IMG/VR virus record: IMGVR_UViG_3300006641_000002 | Location: 1-60,638 of that record | Length of the DNA stretch: 60,638 bases | DNA from: a virus | Taxonomy: Duplodnaviria > Caudoviricetes | Direction: 5' to 3' (one strand) | Shown here: positions 51,180 through 59,372 of the stretch, in pieces | Layout: each line of letters begins with the position of its first letter | How positions within the stretch are numbered: position 1 is the stretch's first letter | Notes under the pieces: model-generated | Database searches by the model: none | Seen by the model: the letters and a program-made list of their open reading frames with translations, nothing else | Told to the model about the DNA's origin: nothing | Made by a program: the position numbers and the translations under genes

Positions 51180-51401
51180 ATGGCTGCGGCGAATGGGAAA
51201 AAACGCGTGCGGAACGTCGTCACCAGCGGGCCGACCATCCCCCATTCCGAGCGCCGTGGCCGGCGTATCGAACTGTATCTGCCAGACGAGATGGCGGACG
51301 TGCTGACCGACGCCTGCGCCGACCGCGGCGTCACCCGCGCCGAGGCCGTGCGCCTGGCCCTTGCCGACTGGCTACGTGCTGACTTCCCGGGCCGGCGGTG
51401 A
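51180..51401 (+). CDS. Ribbon-helix-helix (CopG-like) protein
   Basis: RIELYLPDEMADVLTDACADRGVTRAEAVRLALADWL. Confidence 0.75.
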   Translation: MAAANGKKRVRNVVTSGPTIPHSERRGRRIELYLPDEMADVLTDACADRGVTRAEAVRLALADWLRADFPGRR

Positions 51402-51630
51402 TGAGACCTGCACTTGCCCTTTGCTTTGCCGCTACTGGCCTTTCTTGGCCTCTCGACAGCGCTTGGCGCCTTAGGTGGCCTAACGCGGCCTTGACGCCGT
51501 TAGCAGGCCTTTACGGGCCATCGTTTGGCGTTGTCCTTATTTGCCCTTGGTTTGGCCTGTTGCCCACCTTGTCGTAGCTATTTTGCTTGGTTGGGTTGCA
51601 CGCTGGCCGGCCCGCTGTCATGCTTTGGTT

Positions 51631-52353
51631 ATGAACGAGACATCGACAGTGCAGTTTGGCAACACCGAGATTGACTACGCCATCGTTCGGTGCAGCCGCA
51701 AAACGGTCGGTGTTGCGGTCTCGCCTTCGGGCGCCGTCGTCATCTCCGCCCCAAACGCGGTCGAGGTTGCTCGTCTTGACCGGGTAGTGTTGGCCAAGGC
51801 AGCGTGGATTGTGGGCAAGCTCAGGCAGCGCGCCGCCTTGGCGCCCGCGCCCGAACATGAGTTTGTTTCGGGCGAAACGTTCCGCTACCTTGGCCGTCAA
51901 TACCGCCTCCGCGTCGTGCGCAGCGAACAAGTTCAGCCCGTTGCGGTCGATGGCAACTTTATCGTCGTTCACGTGCCCACCAACACCACGGCCGCCAACT
52001 CGGCGGCCTGTGTCCGCACCGCCCTCATCGCCTTTTACACGCGCGCCGCTCGCGAGATCGTCGCCTCCGCCGTCAATGCGTGGGCCGTCAAAGCCGGCGC
52101 CGCGATGCCCAAGGTGCTCGTTACCAACCAAGCTAAAAGGTGGGGAAGCTGCTCCAAAGGTGTGATCCGTATCAACTGGCGTCTTATGCAAGCCCCCAAA
52201 GCCCTTATCGACTACGTGCTTGCGCACGAAGTCACCCACCTCGCCCACGACCACCACGACGCGGCTTTCTGGTCCGCCCTCGGTCGCATCATGCCCGACT
52301 ACGAGGCGCGCAAGGCACAACTGAACACGCTTGGCCCCGAACTGACCTGGTAG
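51631..52353 (+). CDS. YgjP/M48-like zinc metallopeptidase (DUF45)
   Basis: FVSGETFRYLGRQY, KRWGSCS...INWRL, DYVLAHEVTHL...H...FW. Confidence 0.9.
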   Translation: MNETSTVQFGNTEIDYAIVRCSRKTVGVAVSPSGAVVISAPNAVEVARLDRVVLAKAAWIVGKLRQRAALAPAPEHEFVSGETFRYLGRQYRLRVVRSEQVQPVAVDGNFIVVHVPTNTTAANSAACVRTALIAFYTRAAREIVASAVNAWAVKAGAAMPKVLVTNQAKRWGSCSKGVIRINWRLMQAPKALIDYVLAHEVTHLAHDHHDAAFWSALGRIMPDYEARKAQLNTLGPELTW

Positions 52354-52416
52354 GTCATGGCGCCAACGGGTTGCGTAGGCGAAACTGACTAAGCCATCAC
52401 ATAGAAGGGGGTCACC

Positions 52417-52893
52417 ATGACAGCACGCCGTTCCATTCGCTTGGTTGTTGCCGCCGCTTGCCTTGCCTCGTCCTTCGCTTGCCCCGCCCTCGCCGACGAC
52501 GATCCATACATCCCCGGCGCTCACATTCCGTCGGTCGTGTGGAAGCTACCAAACGGCGAAATCGTGCTTGCCAATACGTGGCGCTACTTTGCCGACCCGA
52601 TTGCTCGTCCTGCACCCGATGGTCCCCCATTGCGATGCTCATTGGAATCGGTGCAACGTGCCGTCGTGCTCGAAGCGCATGACCTTCTTGCTGGGCGTAT
52701 TGCCGTCACGGGCATGAACCCGCCCACGGAAGTGATCTATGACGCCAAAGAAAAAGTACGCGTTTGCAAAACGCAGGTCGGCAACGAGAACGTCGCCATA
52801 AGCATTGTCTTCATGGTCAAACACGGCCGTCAGGCACCTCAGCAAGTGGTGCGGTTTCTCAATAGGCCCAACGACTACAAGCTCAAGAAGTAG
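52417..52893 (+). CDS. Secreted hypothetical protein
   Basis: Signal peptide ending ALA; GGGGG RBS; downstream GACGGCGC/GCGCCGTC plus T-run. Confidence 0.6.
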   Translation: MTARRSIRLVVAAACLASSFACPALADDDPYIPGAHIPSVVWKLPNGEIVLANTWRYFADPIARPAPDGPPLRCSLESVQRAVVLEAHDLLAGRIAVTGMNPPTEVIYDAKEKVRVCKTQVGNENVAISIVFMVKHGRQAPQQVVRFLNRPNDYKLKK

Positions 52894-53031
52894 TTCGACC
52901 GGTGCTACCGTTTCCCGTTGGACGGCGCTATCGCGGTCGGCGGCGGCGTGCTGGGGTTGCCCGGTGCGCCGTCGTTTTTTTGTGCCTTGTGCCGCCGCTC
53001 CAACCATCCGGCGTCACCGGATAGTTGCCCC

Positions 53032-53427
53032 CTACCCCGCTTTCCGACGCGCCACCTCGCCCCGAACGTCTCGCACGCTTGCGGCAATGGCTTGCGTGCG
53101 CTTGCGGAGGTCCGTTTGCCCGGCCTCTAGTTCTGACACGCGTTCGACGACGCCCTCAAATTCCTCGCGTGCAACAAAACGCGCGTGAAACAGCACCGGG
53201 TGCGCTCGCTTTAGGCGCGACAAATTGATCCATTTTTTGCGTCCATGCCCCGAATCGTGAAGCCAATCGCACCGCCCATGCTCCGCCACGTCAGCCCTCG
53301 CCAGCGCCATCAGCGTGCGGTGCATCGTCGTGTATGCCACGCCACGCATGCGCGCGTAGGCCGGTAGCGACACCAGCCGCTCCGGTCTGCACTTGGCCAG
53401 CCCCGGCGCGTCGTCCGCCGCCGTCAC
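53032..53427 (-). CDS. Hypothetical HTH plus coiled-coil protein
   Basis: VSLPAYARMRGVAYTTMHRTL HTH-like; overlaps the upstream stop. Confidence 0.6.
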   Translation of the reverse strand: MTAADDAPGLAKCRPERLVSLPAYARMRGVAYTTMHRTLMALARADVAEHGRCDWLHDSGHGRKKWINLSRLKRAHPVLFHARFVAREEFEGVVERVSELEAGQTDLRKRTQAIAASVRDVRGEVARRKAG

Positions 53428-54026
53428 AAAAGCCCCGCGCGAAGCTCCGCGTAGTAGGCATCCCGCCTCGTCTTGGCGGCTTGCGCATGGCCGTCCCTGA
53501 CCGCCACGTAGGCCGCCAGCGCCCCGTCCAGCCGGCGCCTTGCCGCTCGGACCAACGGAGCGAACACGCGCGCCCTTGCCTCGGTTCTGGCAAACTCAGC
53601 CAAGTGACGCGCCACCTCCGTGCCGTCACGTGGCTCGCGCTTGCGGCGCTCCACGAACGCCTTGTGCGCTTCGTCGCCAGTCACAACCAGGCCGGCAAGC
53701 GTGCCGTACTCGCCAGCCCTTCCGCTTGCCGACCGCAACGCTGCATCCCACGGCCTCGGTGTGAACGCCGCCGTGATGATGGCAACCGCTTCGGCTGTCA
53801 GCTCCGCCAGCACCGCACGCACCCGTTGCACGCGCTCAATGTCGCGGCGCCGCCCGTGGTCTAGCCGCGACACGTGCAGGCGTTCCAGCGCTCGCGCATC
53901 CCAGATGGTTCCGCCGCTGCTTTCGAGGCTTGCGCCATGCAGGCCCATCACCTCGCCCGCGCAACAAAAATACCATTCCAGCTCACGCTCGACGCCGACC
54001 GTTGCCGCCCTGTTGGTCTTGCCCAT
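53424..54026 (-). CDS. Hypothetical protein
   Basis: 200 aa, GGAGAGG RBS. Confidence 0.6.
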   Translation of the reverse strand: MGKTNRAATVGVERELEWYFCCAGEVMGLHGASLESSGGTIWDARALERLHVSRLDHGRRRDIERVQRVRAVLAELTAEAVAIITAAFTPRPWDAALRSASGRAGEYGTLAGLVVTGDEAHKAFVERRKREPRDGTEVARHLAEFARTEARARVFAPLVRAARRRLDGALAAYVAVRDGHAQAAKTRRDAYYAELRAGLL

Positions 54027-54132
54027 CGCCCTCTCCGATTGGGAAGTTGCCCATGTTGCTTACTGCCAACGGCGGCAACCTTACGGCAAGTCACGGGCGA
54101 TGTGGCGGCTTTTCTTTCGAGCGAGACTGGCA

Positions 54133-55032
54133 CTAGGCCGCGAAATCTTGGCCTCGCGTCGAAAAGGCGTACGTCTTTCGTGTCATCACTTTTGCGAGCG
54201 ATGGTTTCTTTTTATTTTTACGCGCGCTTAGCCTCATTGCCAAATACGCCATAAAGCCCAAAAGCATTTGTTCTTCGTCGTGCGACAGAACGCCTGCGCA
54301 AACAAGATGGTCACACACGTGCAACAAAAGCAGCCTTCTTGGAAAAAGGCCTTGAGCTCGTGCACGCGCAATCCACCGGTCAACGTCTTCTTTGCTCACA
54401 CAAACCCAAACGCATCTTTTGCCATCTAACGGCAACGGCTTGACGTTGCTTGTCGCTACAGAAATCTGCATGTCCTTCGTTAGATGCTGACTAATTGTGT
54501 AACGAAAGATGCTTGAGACCGAACGATGCAGACGTTTTGCGCAAGCGTGAAGGAGATTCGCTATCTCGTTTGGAGTCCAAATCGAATAGCGGAACCCGTA
54601 CTTTTCCAGCCTCTTAGGCAGCGTCTTGTTCACGAGCAGCGGAGATGCACTAAAGCCTGGTATTGTTCGCGCCAACATCAGCCAAGATTCCGTAACCAAC
54701 ACCGGCTCATCAGATCGAAGAAGTATCTCGTATGTCCGCCGAAAGAACGGGTCGGTCGACGCCAACCTACTCGCCCTTGACCAAAATCGGTCCGCATCTT
54801 CGTACGGATTGACCCGAACATAAAAGGAAGGTTCCTCAACCTTGCGACTGACGCGATCGCGCTCCTTCTTTGTTAGGTGCGATTCGCAGTAGCTCATCAC
54901 GATGTGCCGCAGCACTTTGGAACGCGTGGCTCTGCCTTTTTGAGCATTCCACTTTTGAACCAAATTGTCGATAACCGCCCTCTGCTGCTTCGAGACTCGA
55001 AAGAAGACTTGAGGGTCAACGTTCTTTCCCAT
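54133..55032 (-). CDS. Multi-RHH DNA-binding protein
   Basis: Three strand-helix-helix segments (VFFRVS...RSKVLR; YSIWTP...SVSSIFR; VWVCVS...PRRLLL). The start at 55125 would overlap the terminator, so ATG 55032 is preferred. Confidence 0.55.
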   Translation of the reverse strand: MGKNVDPQVFFRVSKQQRAVIDNLVQKWNAQKGRATRSKVLRHIVMSYCESHLTKKERDRVSRKVEEPSFYVRVNPYEDADRFWSRASRLASTDPFFRRTYEILLRSDEPVLVTESWLMLARTIPGFSASPLLVNKTLPKRLEKYGFRYSIWTPNEIANLLHACAKRLHRSVSSIFRYTISQHLTKDMQISVATSNVKPLPLDGKRCVWVCVSKEDVDRWIARARAQGLFPRRLLLLHVCDHLVCAGVLSHDEEQMLLGFMAYLAMRLSARKNKKKPSLAKVMTRKTYAFSTRGQDFAA

Positions 55033-55058
55033 GCTCTTTGCTTTAGTCAAAGCCCAAT

Positions 55059-55106
55059 AAAAAAACCAACCACGGCAACACGTGCAGATTGCCTTGTCGT
55101 GGTTGG
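55059..55106 (-). terminator. Intrinsic terminator closing the TIGR-like operon
   Basis: Minus strand reads CCAACCAC-GACAA-GGCAA-loop-TTGCC-GTGGTTGG-TTTTTTT immediately after array 1. Confidence 0.75.
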
Positions 55107-55109
55107 TTT

Positions 55110-55727
55110 GGGGCGCTTCGACCAAGCTGTCATTCGTTCGTCAACGTTGGCTCGCTTTCGTTCGATGTCATTCGTTCAAGAAGTTTGGCTCGATCGGGGG
55201 GCATGTCATTCGTTCCTCGCAAATGGCTCGCTTAGCGTCTCTGTCATTCGTTCTCGACTGATGGCTCGCTCGATGGCGGTGTCATTCGTTCGGCGCCGAT
55301 GGCTCGCTCGGGTGACATGTCATTCGTTCCGCCCAAATGGCTCGCTCGGGTGACATGTCATTCGTTCCAACACTTTGGCTCGCTTCGGTTTTCCGACATT
55401 CGTTTGCGTATTCTTGGCTCGCTCAAGAAACATGTCATTCGTTCGATCGCCATGGCTCGCTCAACCGGCGTGTCATTCGTTCCTGCACATTGGCTCGTTT
55501 CCATACCTTGTCATTCGTTCCGACAAGGTGGCTCGCTCCGATGCTTTGTCATTCGTTCATCGGCCGTGGCTCGCTCGGAAGGCGTGTCATTCGTCCCATC
55601 GTGATGGCTCGCTTAGGTGATGTGTCATTCGTTCTTGGTGCTTGGCTCGCTTCAGCCTCATGTCATTCGTTCCATCGTGATGGCTCGCTTCGGTTAAGTG
55701 TCATTCGTTCTTCCTATCCGGCCACTC
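55110..55727 (-). ncRNA. TIGR-like dual-repeat guide array 1 (16 units, 38-nt period)
   Basis: Plus strand TGTCATTCGTTC-N8-TGGCTCGCT-N9 at 55128, 55166, 55204, 55242, 55280, 55318, 55356, 55394 (degenerate, 39 nt), 55433, 55471, 55509, 55547, 55585, 55623, 55661, 55699. Spacers are variable. Confidence 0.88.
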
Positions 55728-55734
55728 AAATCCT

Positions 55735-56862
55735 CTATTCCGCCGCGTCCTCCATCAACGCGTCTTCGACGCCGTCGACGTCATCCATCTCGGCGCCGTC
55801 CACTAACTCGGTCATGTCGCCATCGGCGTCGCCTGTCGAATTGAAGAGCGCAAGAGGATGCTCGATGCGGTACTTGCCTACGTCGCCGACAAGGGCGAGG
55901 GCTTCGTCGACACTCAGCATCGTCGGCGCGTTCACGACGATTTTGCCGCCGTGCCCATACCCTAGCTTTGCCGCGTAGTAATCGGGCCACACAGGCAACC
56001 CCTCAATGGCTCTCCACACGGTGTAGAGATCGTTGAGAAACACGCGCCCCGCCGTGTGCCATCCGGCGCTAAATGCGCTGCCCTTGGTCGGCTCACGACC
56101 ACCGGGAGGCGCTTGCCGACTAAGCACGCCGATCTTCTTGTTTGCCCAGACGTCGAGGTACTTACTCGACACGTGCCCGCCGTGTTTCTTGGGGCTCGCG
56201 TTTTTGAAGCTAGCGGTCAAAAACTGGTACATCCGTTTGCGAAGCTCGGAATTGTACCCGTTCTTTTGCCCCTTCGTCCTACGGTCTAGCCGGTTGATTT
56301 TGTGGTCAATCGCAAAGCCCGCGTACTTGATGATCGCCGACGGCTTGCGCGCCCTGATGACGTTGCCTCTGTCATCAGTCGAGTCGTGGATATCAATCTC
56401 ACTCACGAGATACGCGCTCACCACTGGACCGAGGCCGTACACGTGCTTCAGAAATTGGTTGTAGATAGGGACGCTTTTGAGTGCGCGGGCCATGAGCGCC
56501 TCTTTCTTTTTCATCTCGCCCTCCATTGAAAGCGTGAAGCGCGCTTTGCCGTCGTCGATGTACCCGCTTCGCTTCTTTGCCTTGTCGCCATGGCATAGCT
56601 GCTGAATTTCCTCGCGCATCACCATCGGCAAAGGGCTCGGGATGATTTGGCCTTTGCGGTCACCCTTGCGAATCGTCCTGTCACGGCACACCGAATCGAA
56701 AGACTGCATCGTTCGATATAGCGCGTGGTGCTCAAGCGTTAGCTGCCTGAGCTCCGCAATAGGGTCGTCTTTCGGTGGAGGCATCGGTGTCGCCTTGCGT
56801 TTGCGCTCGGCGGCGGCGATGAACTTTTCAGCTTCGGTCTTCTCTTTTTTAATACGTGGCAT
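55735..56862 (-). CDS. TasA-like Nop/IS110-C-terminal-domain RNA-binding protein, no nuclease domain
   Basis: Coiled coil (ELRQL...), FLKHVYGLGPVVSAYLVSEID, PSAIIKYAGF, GYNSELRKRMY, WRAIEGLPV..DY...KLG. Lacks the N-terminal DEDD RuvC and the IS110 catalytic SG motif. Flanked by two arrays. ATG 56862 has a GGGGA RBS; the ORF extends to 56910. Confidence 0.82.
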   Translation of the reverse strand: MPRIKKEKTEAEKFIAAAERKRKATPMPPPKDDPIAELRQLTLEHHALYRTMQSFDSVCRDRTIRKGDRKGQIIPSPLPMVMREEIQQLCHGDKAKKRSGYIDDGKARFTLSMEGEMKKKEALMARALKSVPIYNQFLKHVYGLGPVVSAYLVSEIDIHDSTDDRGNVIRARKPSAIIKYAGFAIDHKINRLDRRTKGQKNGYNSELRKRMYQFLTASFKNASPKKHGGHVSSKYLDVWANKKIGVLSRQAPPGGREPTKGSAFSAGWHTAGRVFLNDLYTVWRAIEGLPVWPDYYAAKLGYGHGGKIVVNAPTMLSVDEALALVGDVGKYRIEHPLALFNSTGDADGDMTELVDGAEMDDVDGVEDALMEDAAE

Positions 56863-56897
56863 TGCATTCCCCGCTTTGGTGTTCACTGATTTGGATT

Positions 56898-57134
56898 TGA
56901 TTCGCTTCACGTCAATGTCATTCGTTCTGGACGACTGGCTCGCTCAGGTGACATGTCATTCGTTCTCGGCAACTGGCTCGCTCCGAAGGCGTGTCATTCG
57001 TTCGGCCGGGATGGCTCGCTCGACCAAGCTGTCATTCGTTCTGCCAGTATGGCTCGCTCTGGTCGCATGTCATTCGTTCTCGAGATGTGGCTCGCTCTAA
57101 TCGACTGTCATTCGTTCTTCCGCATCGGCCCATC
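56898..57134 (-). ncRNA. TIGR-like dual-repeat guide array 2 (6 units, 38-nt period)
   Basis: Same two repeats at 56916, 56954, 56992, 57030, 57068 and 57106. Confidence 0.88.
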
Positions 57135-57141
57135 AACTCGG

Positions 57142-57792
57142 CTATTCCCCGCCGGTAGTCACCTTCGCAAACCTGCCGCCAAATTCCGCCTCAGCCAACG
57201 ATGGCGCCGCCTTGGTGATGCCGGGCCTTGCGATGACTTCGGTATCGTTTGCAGCACTCCGTACGGCCGCGAGTTGCGCTTCAAGAATCGCAATCTTTGC
57301 GGCCTTCTCTTTGCACGCAGGACACTCCACCGTGCGCTTCGCAGTCTTGCCCTTCAAGTATGGCGCAAGCTCCTTGTAGCCCTTCAGCACGCTTACAATC
57401 TTCGGCTTACTGATAGGCGGAGCACCGTGATACTGGCCTATCGTTTCGTTCTTGCACGCAACGATAGCAGTGACGACGTGTGGCAATAGTTCGGTGTCGC
57501 AGTAGCGCCGAAACACAAACGCCGCCGCGTCGTGCTCCAACATCACCGCCACCTCTGGCGTTAGGCCGGAGTAGGCTTCCGCGCGACGACGAAACCACCC
57601 GTACTTATGGCCAAACGTTGCAAATACCCATTTGCGCGGGTCTTTGTAATCAGTCAAATCGCGATACTCCGGCCAATGCTTGACGATCTCTACGATGATG
57701 TTGGCTGCCAACATCGGGCCAATCGCCCCGTCACTCAGACACTTCATCGCCTTCGCAACACGTCGATTAAACTCTTGCTCGTTCACGACCAT
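57142..57792 (-). CDS. Hypothetical protein co-transcribed with the TIGR-like locus
   Basis: 216 aa, GAGGGGA RBS, CPAC followed by a short coiled coil; stop lies 7 nt before array 2. Confidence 0.7.
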   Translation of the reverse strand: MVVNEQEFNRRVAKAMKCLSDGAIGPMLAANIIVEIVKHWPEYRDLTDYKDPRKWVFATFGHKYGWFRRRAEAYSGLTPEVAVMLEHDAAAFVFRRYCDTELLPHVVTAIVACKNETIGQYHGAPPISKPKIVSVLKGYKELAPYLKGKTAKRTVECPACKEKAAKIAILEAQLAAVRSAANDTEVIARPGITKAAPSLAEAEFGGRFAKVTTGGE

Positions 57793-57833
57793 TACTATTC
57801 CCCTCTCGCTTGCGGTCTCGCTTGTGGCGGCGT

Positions 57834-57862
57834 TCTATATTCAGAACGTTGGCCAATAGCAA
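57834..57862 (-). promoter_or_regulatory. Candidate sigma70 promoter
   Basis: Minus strand TTGCTA-17 nt-TATAGA, about 40 nt upstream of ATG 57792. Confidence 0.45.
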
Positions 57863-58056
57863 CCCGCCACCAGGCGACGGCGGTGAACGGCAACACATCA
57901 AAAACGTCGAGAAAAGTCGATGGTGCGGCATGTCACAAACACGTATGTCTACGCCGGCTCCGCTTGTTTTTGGCTGCAATCAAGCAACGCCCAAGAAATC
58001 GACACGAGGGTCGTTTTTTTTTGCGTAGCCCATCACGCAAGTTGCCAGTCGCCACA

Positions 58057-58536
58057 TCACATCGACGCGGCCACCTTCGGCGCCACCGCTCGCATCGACG
58101 CCCATACCGCTATGCCCGTAGCGTCCCGCGTGTGCACGTTGCCCTTCTGCAAACACTCGACAACCGACGGCAATAACCTCGCTATCACCTCGTCATAACT
58201 CTGCCCGCGCTTCAACGTGCCCATCACGGCCTTGCGCCATGCCTGCGCGCTCGTCGTTACGACCTCGATGCCTTTCGCCGCCGCAAGCCCCGCTACAACG
58301 CCGCCGGCATACTGCGCGGCCAAGAGATGCTTGGCACGAAACGGCTGAAACACGCCGCCCTCGGCGCACTCGACGGCCACCAGGCTCGGCCCTATCGTAT
58401 CGAGAAGCACCCCGATGGCGTAGGCGGTCGACGGCACCATCGCCTTGCCAATATGGCGCACCCGCCCGGGCCGTATCGGCGTTACCCACGACACGGCGGT
58501 CTGCACACTCCCAGGGTCGACGCCTGCGATGACCAC
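58057..58536 (-). CDS. RuvC-like Holliday junction resolvase
   Basis: AGVDPG, VAVE, AQAWRKAVMG, RDATGIA acidic catalytic pattern. Confidence 0.82.
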   Translation of the reverse strand: MVIAGVDPGSVQTAVSWVTPIRPGRVRHIGKAMVPSTAYAIGVLLDTIGPSLVAVECAEGGVFQPFRAKHLLAAQYAGGVVAGLAAAKGIEVVTTSAQAWRKAVMGTLKRGQSYDEVIARLLPSVVECLQKGNVHTRDATGIAVWASMRAVAPKVAASM

Positions 58537-58571
58537 GCGGTCATGGTTTCACGAGATAGCGTCATCGGCGA

Positions 58572-59081
58572 CTATCTCGCGGCCATGCTTTGAAGCAGCT
58601 GTCGCCACCGATCCACGTCGCACGGGTCGCCAGCGTCGCCATCTTCGAGGGCTCGCGCGATGTCCCGCCGTATCACGTTGACGCTGTTGTCGTTTAGAGC
58701 GTCGATGTTGCGTTTCACCACGTCGCACACGTCGGCGACGGCGTAGGTCCGCCGGCCTAGCGCGTAGCGCACGGCGTAGACGGAGAGCGTGTCGATGTCG
58801 CGCTGAAGTTGGGCGACGGTTTCGTTTCCAGTCGCCTTCTTCGGTTTGCGCTTCGGTGCTGTCATCGCCTCGCCCCCCGACCTCGAACGCATTTGCTTAT
58901 GCGACACAGACCGCGCCTTGCCCGAAGTCAGCGACCACGACCACGACCAAGAATAAAACCAAGGCTCAGGCGATAAACCGAACGCATACCGATCCCCCCA
59001 CCCTGAACAGGAAAACAACTCCGACGACGCACCGGATTTGACTCGTTGCGACCTGACTTTTTGTCTCGACCGCCGCCTCAT
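58572..59081 (-). CDS. Hypothetical protein: Ser/Arg/Trp-rich N-terminus fused to an AVRYALGRRTY domain
   Basis: ATG 59081 overlaps the upstream TGA; alternative start at 58865. Confidence 0.55.
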   Translation of the reverse strand: MRRRSRQKVRSQRVKSGASSELFSCSGWGDRYAFGLSPEPWFYSWSWSWSLTSGKARSVSHKQMRSRSGGEAMTAPKRKPKKATGNETVAQLQRDIDTLSVYAVRYALGRRTYAVADVCDVVKRNIDALNDNSVNVIRRDIARALEDGDAGDPCDVDRWRQLLQSMAAR

Positions 59082-59233
59082 CGCCCTTTCAACCCCGACC
59101 ACGACCGCGACACCGACCGCGACCCCGACCGCGACCCCGACCACGACCCCGACCACGACCACGACCGCGACCAAGGCTTAGACGGCTCCCCCGACCTCAC
59201 TCGCGACATTTTGCCATATCGCTTGATATGCAT
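59078..59233 (-). CDS. Small Ser-X (SR/SW/SG) repeat peptide, 51 aa
   Basis: MHIKRYGK...WSRSWSWSGSWSGSRSGSRSVSRSWSGLKGR; coupled to both neighbours. Confidence 0.5.
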   Translation of the reverse strand: MHIKRYGKMSRVRSGEPSKPWSRSWSWSGSWSGSRSGSRSVSRSWSGLKGR

Positions 59234-59342
59234 ATCTCACCCTTTCGACCCCGACCGCGACCCCGACCACGACCACGACCACGACCGCGACACCGACCAC
59301 GACCCCGACCACGACCCCGACCACGACCACGACCGCGACCCA
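59093..59342. repeat. Two blocks of CGACCN hexamer repeats
   Basis: Runs of CGACCA/CGACCC/CGACCG at about 59093-59174 and 59246-59342. Confidence 0.9.
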
Positions 59343-59371
59343 AACGAGGAATAGTATTTTTTGCGGCGCAT
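59237..59371 (-). CDS. Small Ser-X (SR/SW/SG) repeat peptide, 44 aa
   Basis: MRRKKYYSSFGSRSWSWSGS...; starts right after the stop of the Sm-like gene. Confidence 0.5.
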   Translation of the reverse strand: MRRKKYYSSFGSRSWSWSGSWSGSWSVSRSWSWSWSGSRSGSKG

Positions 59372-59372
59372 G

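Noticed and set aside
54877-55978. Plus-strand ORFs with repeated CHSF/MSFV/VIRS/WLA words (also 56642-57489)
   Set aside because: These are translations of the 38-nt repeat cycling through frames; the period is not a multiple of 3.
55735-56910. IS110 transposase / insertion sequence
   Set aside because: No N-terminal DEDD RuvC domain and no catalytic SG motif; the flanks are tandem arrays rather than IS ends.
55110-57134. CRISPR array
   Set aside because: There are two alternating 9-12 nt repeats with 8-9 nt spacers, far shorter than CRISPR units, and no cas1/cas2 or effector genes. The Cas4-like nuclease is 43 kb away in the recombination module.
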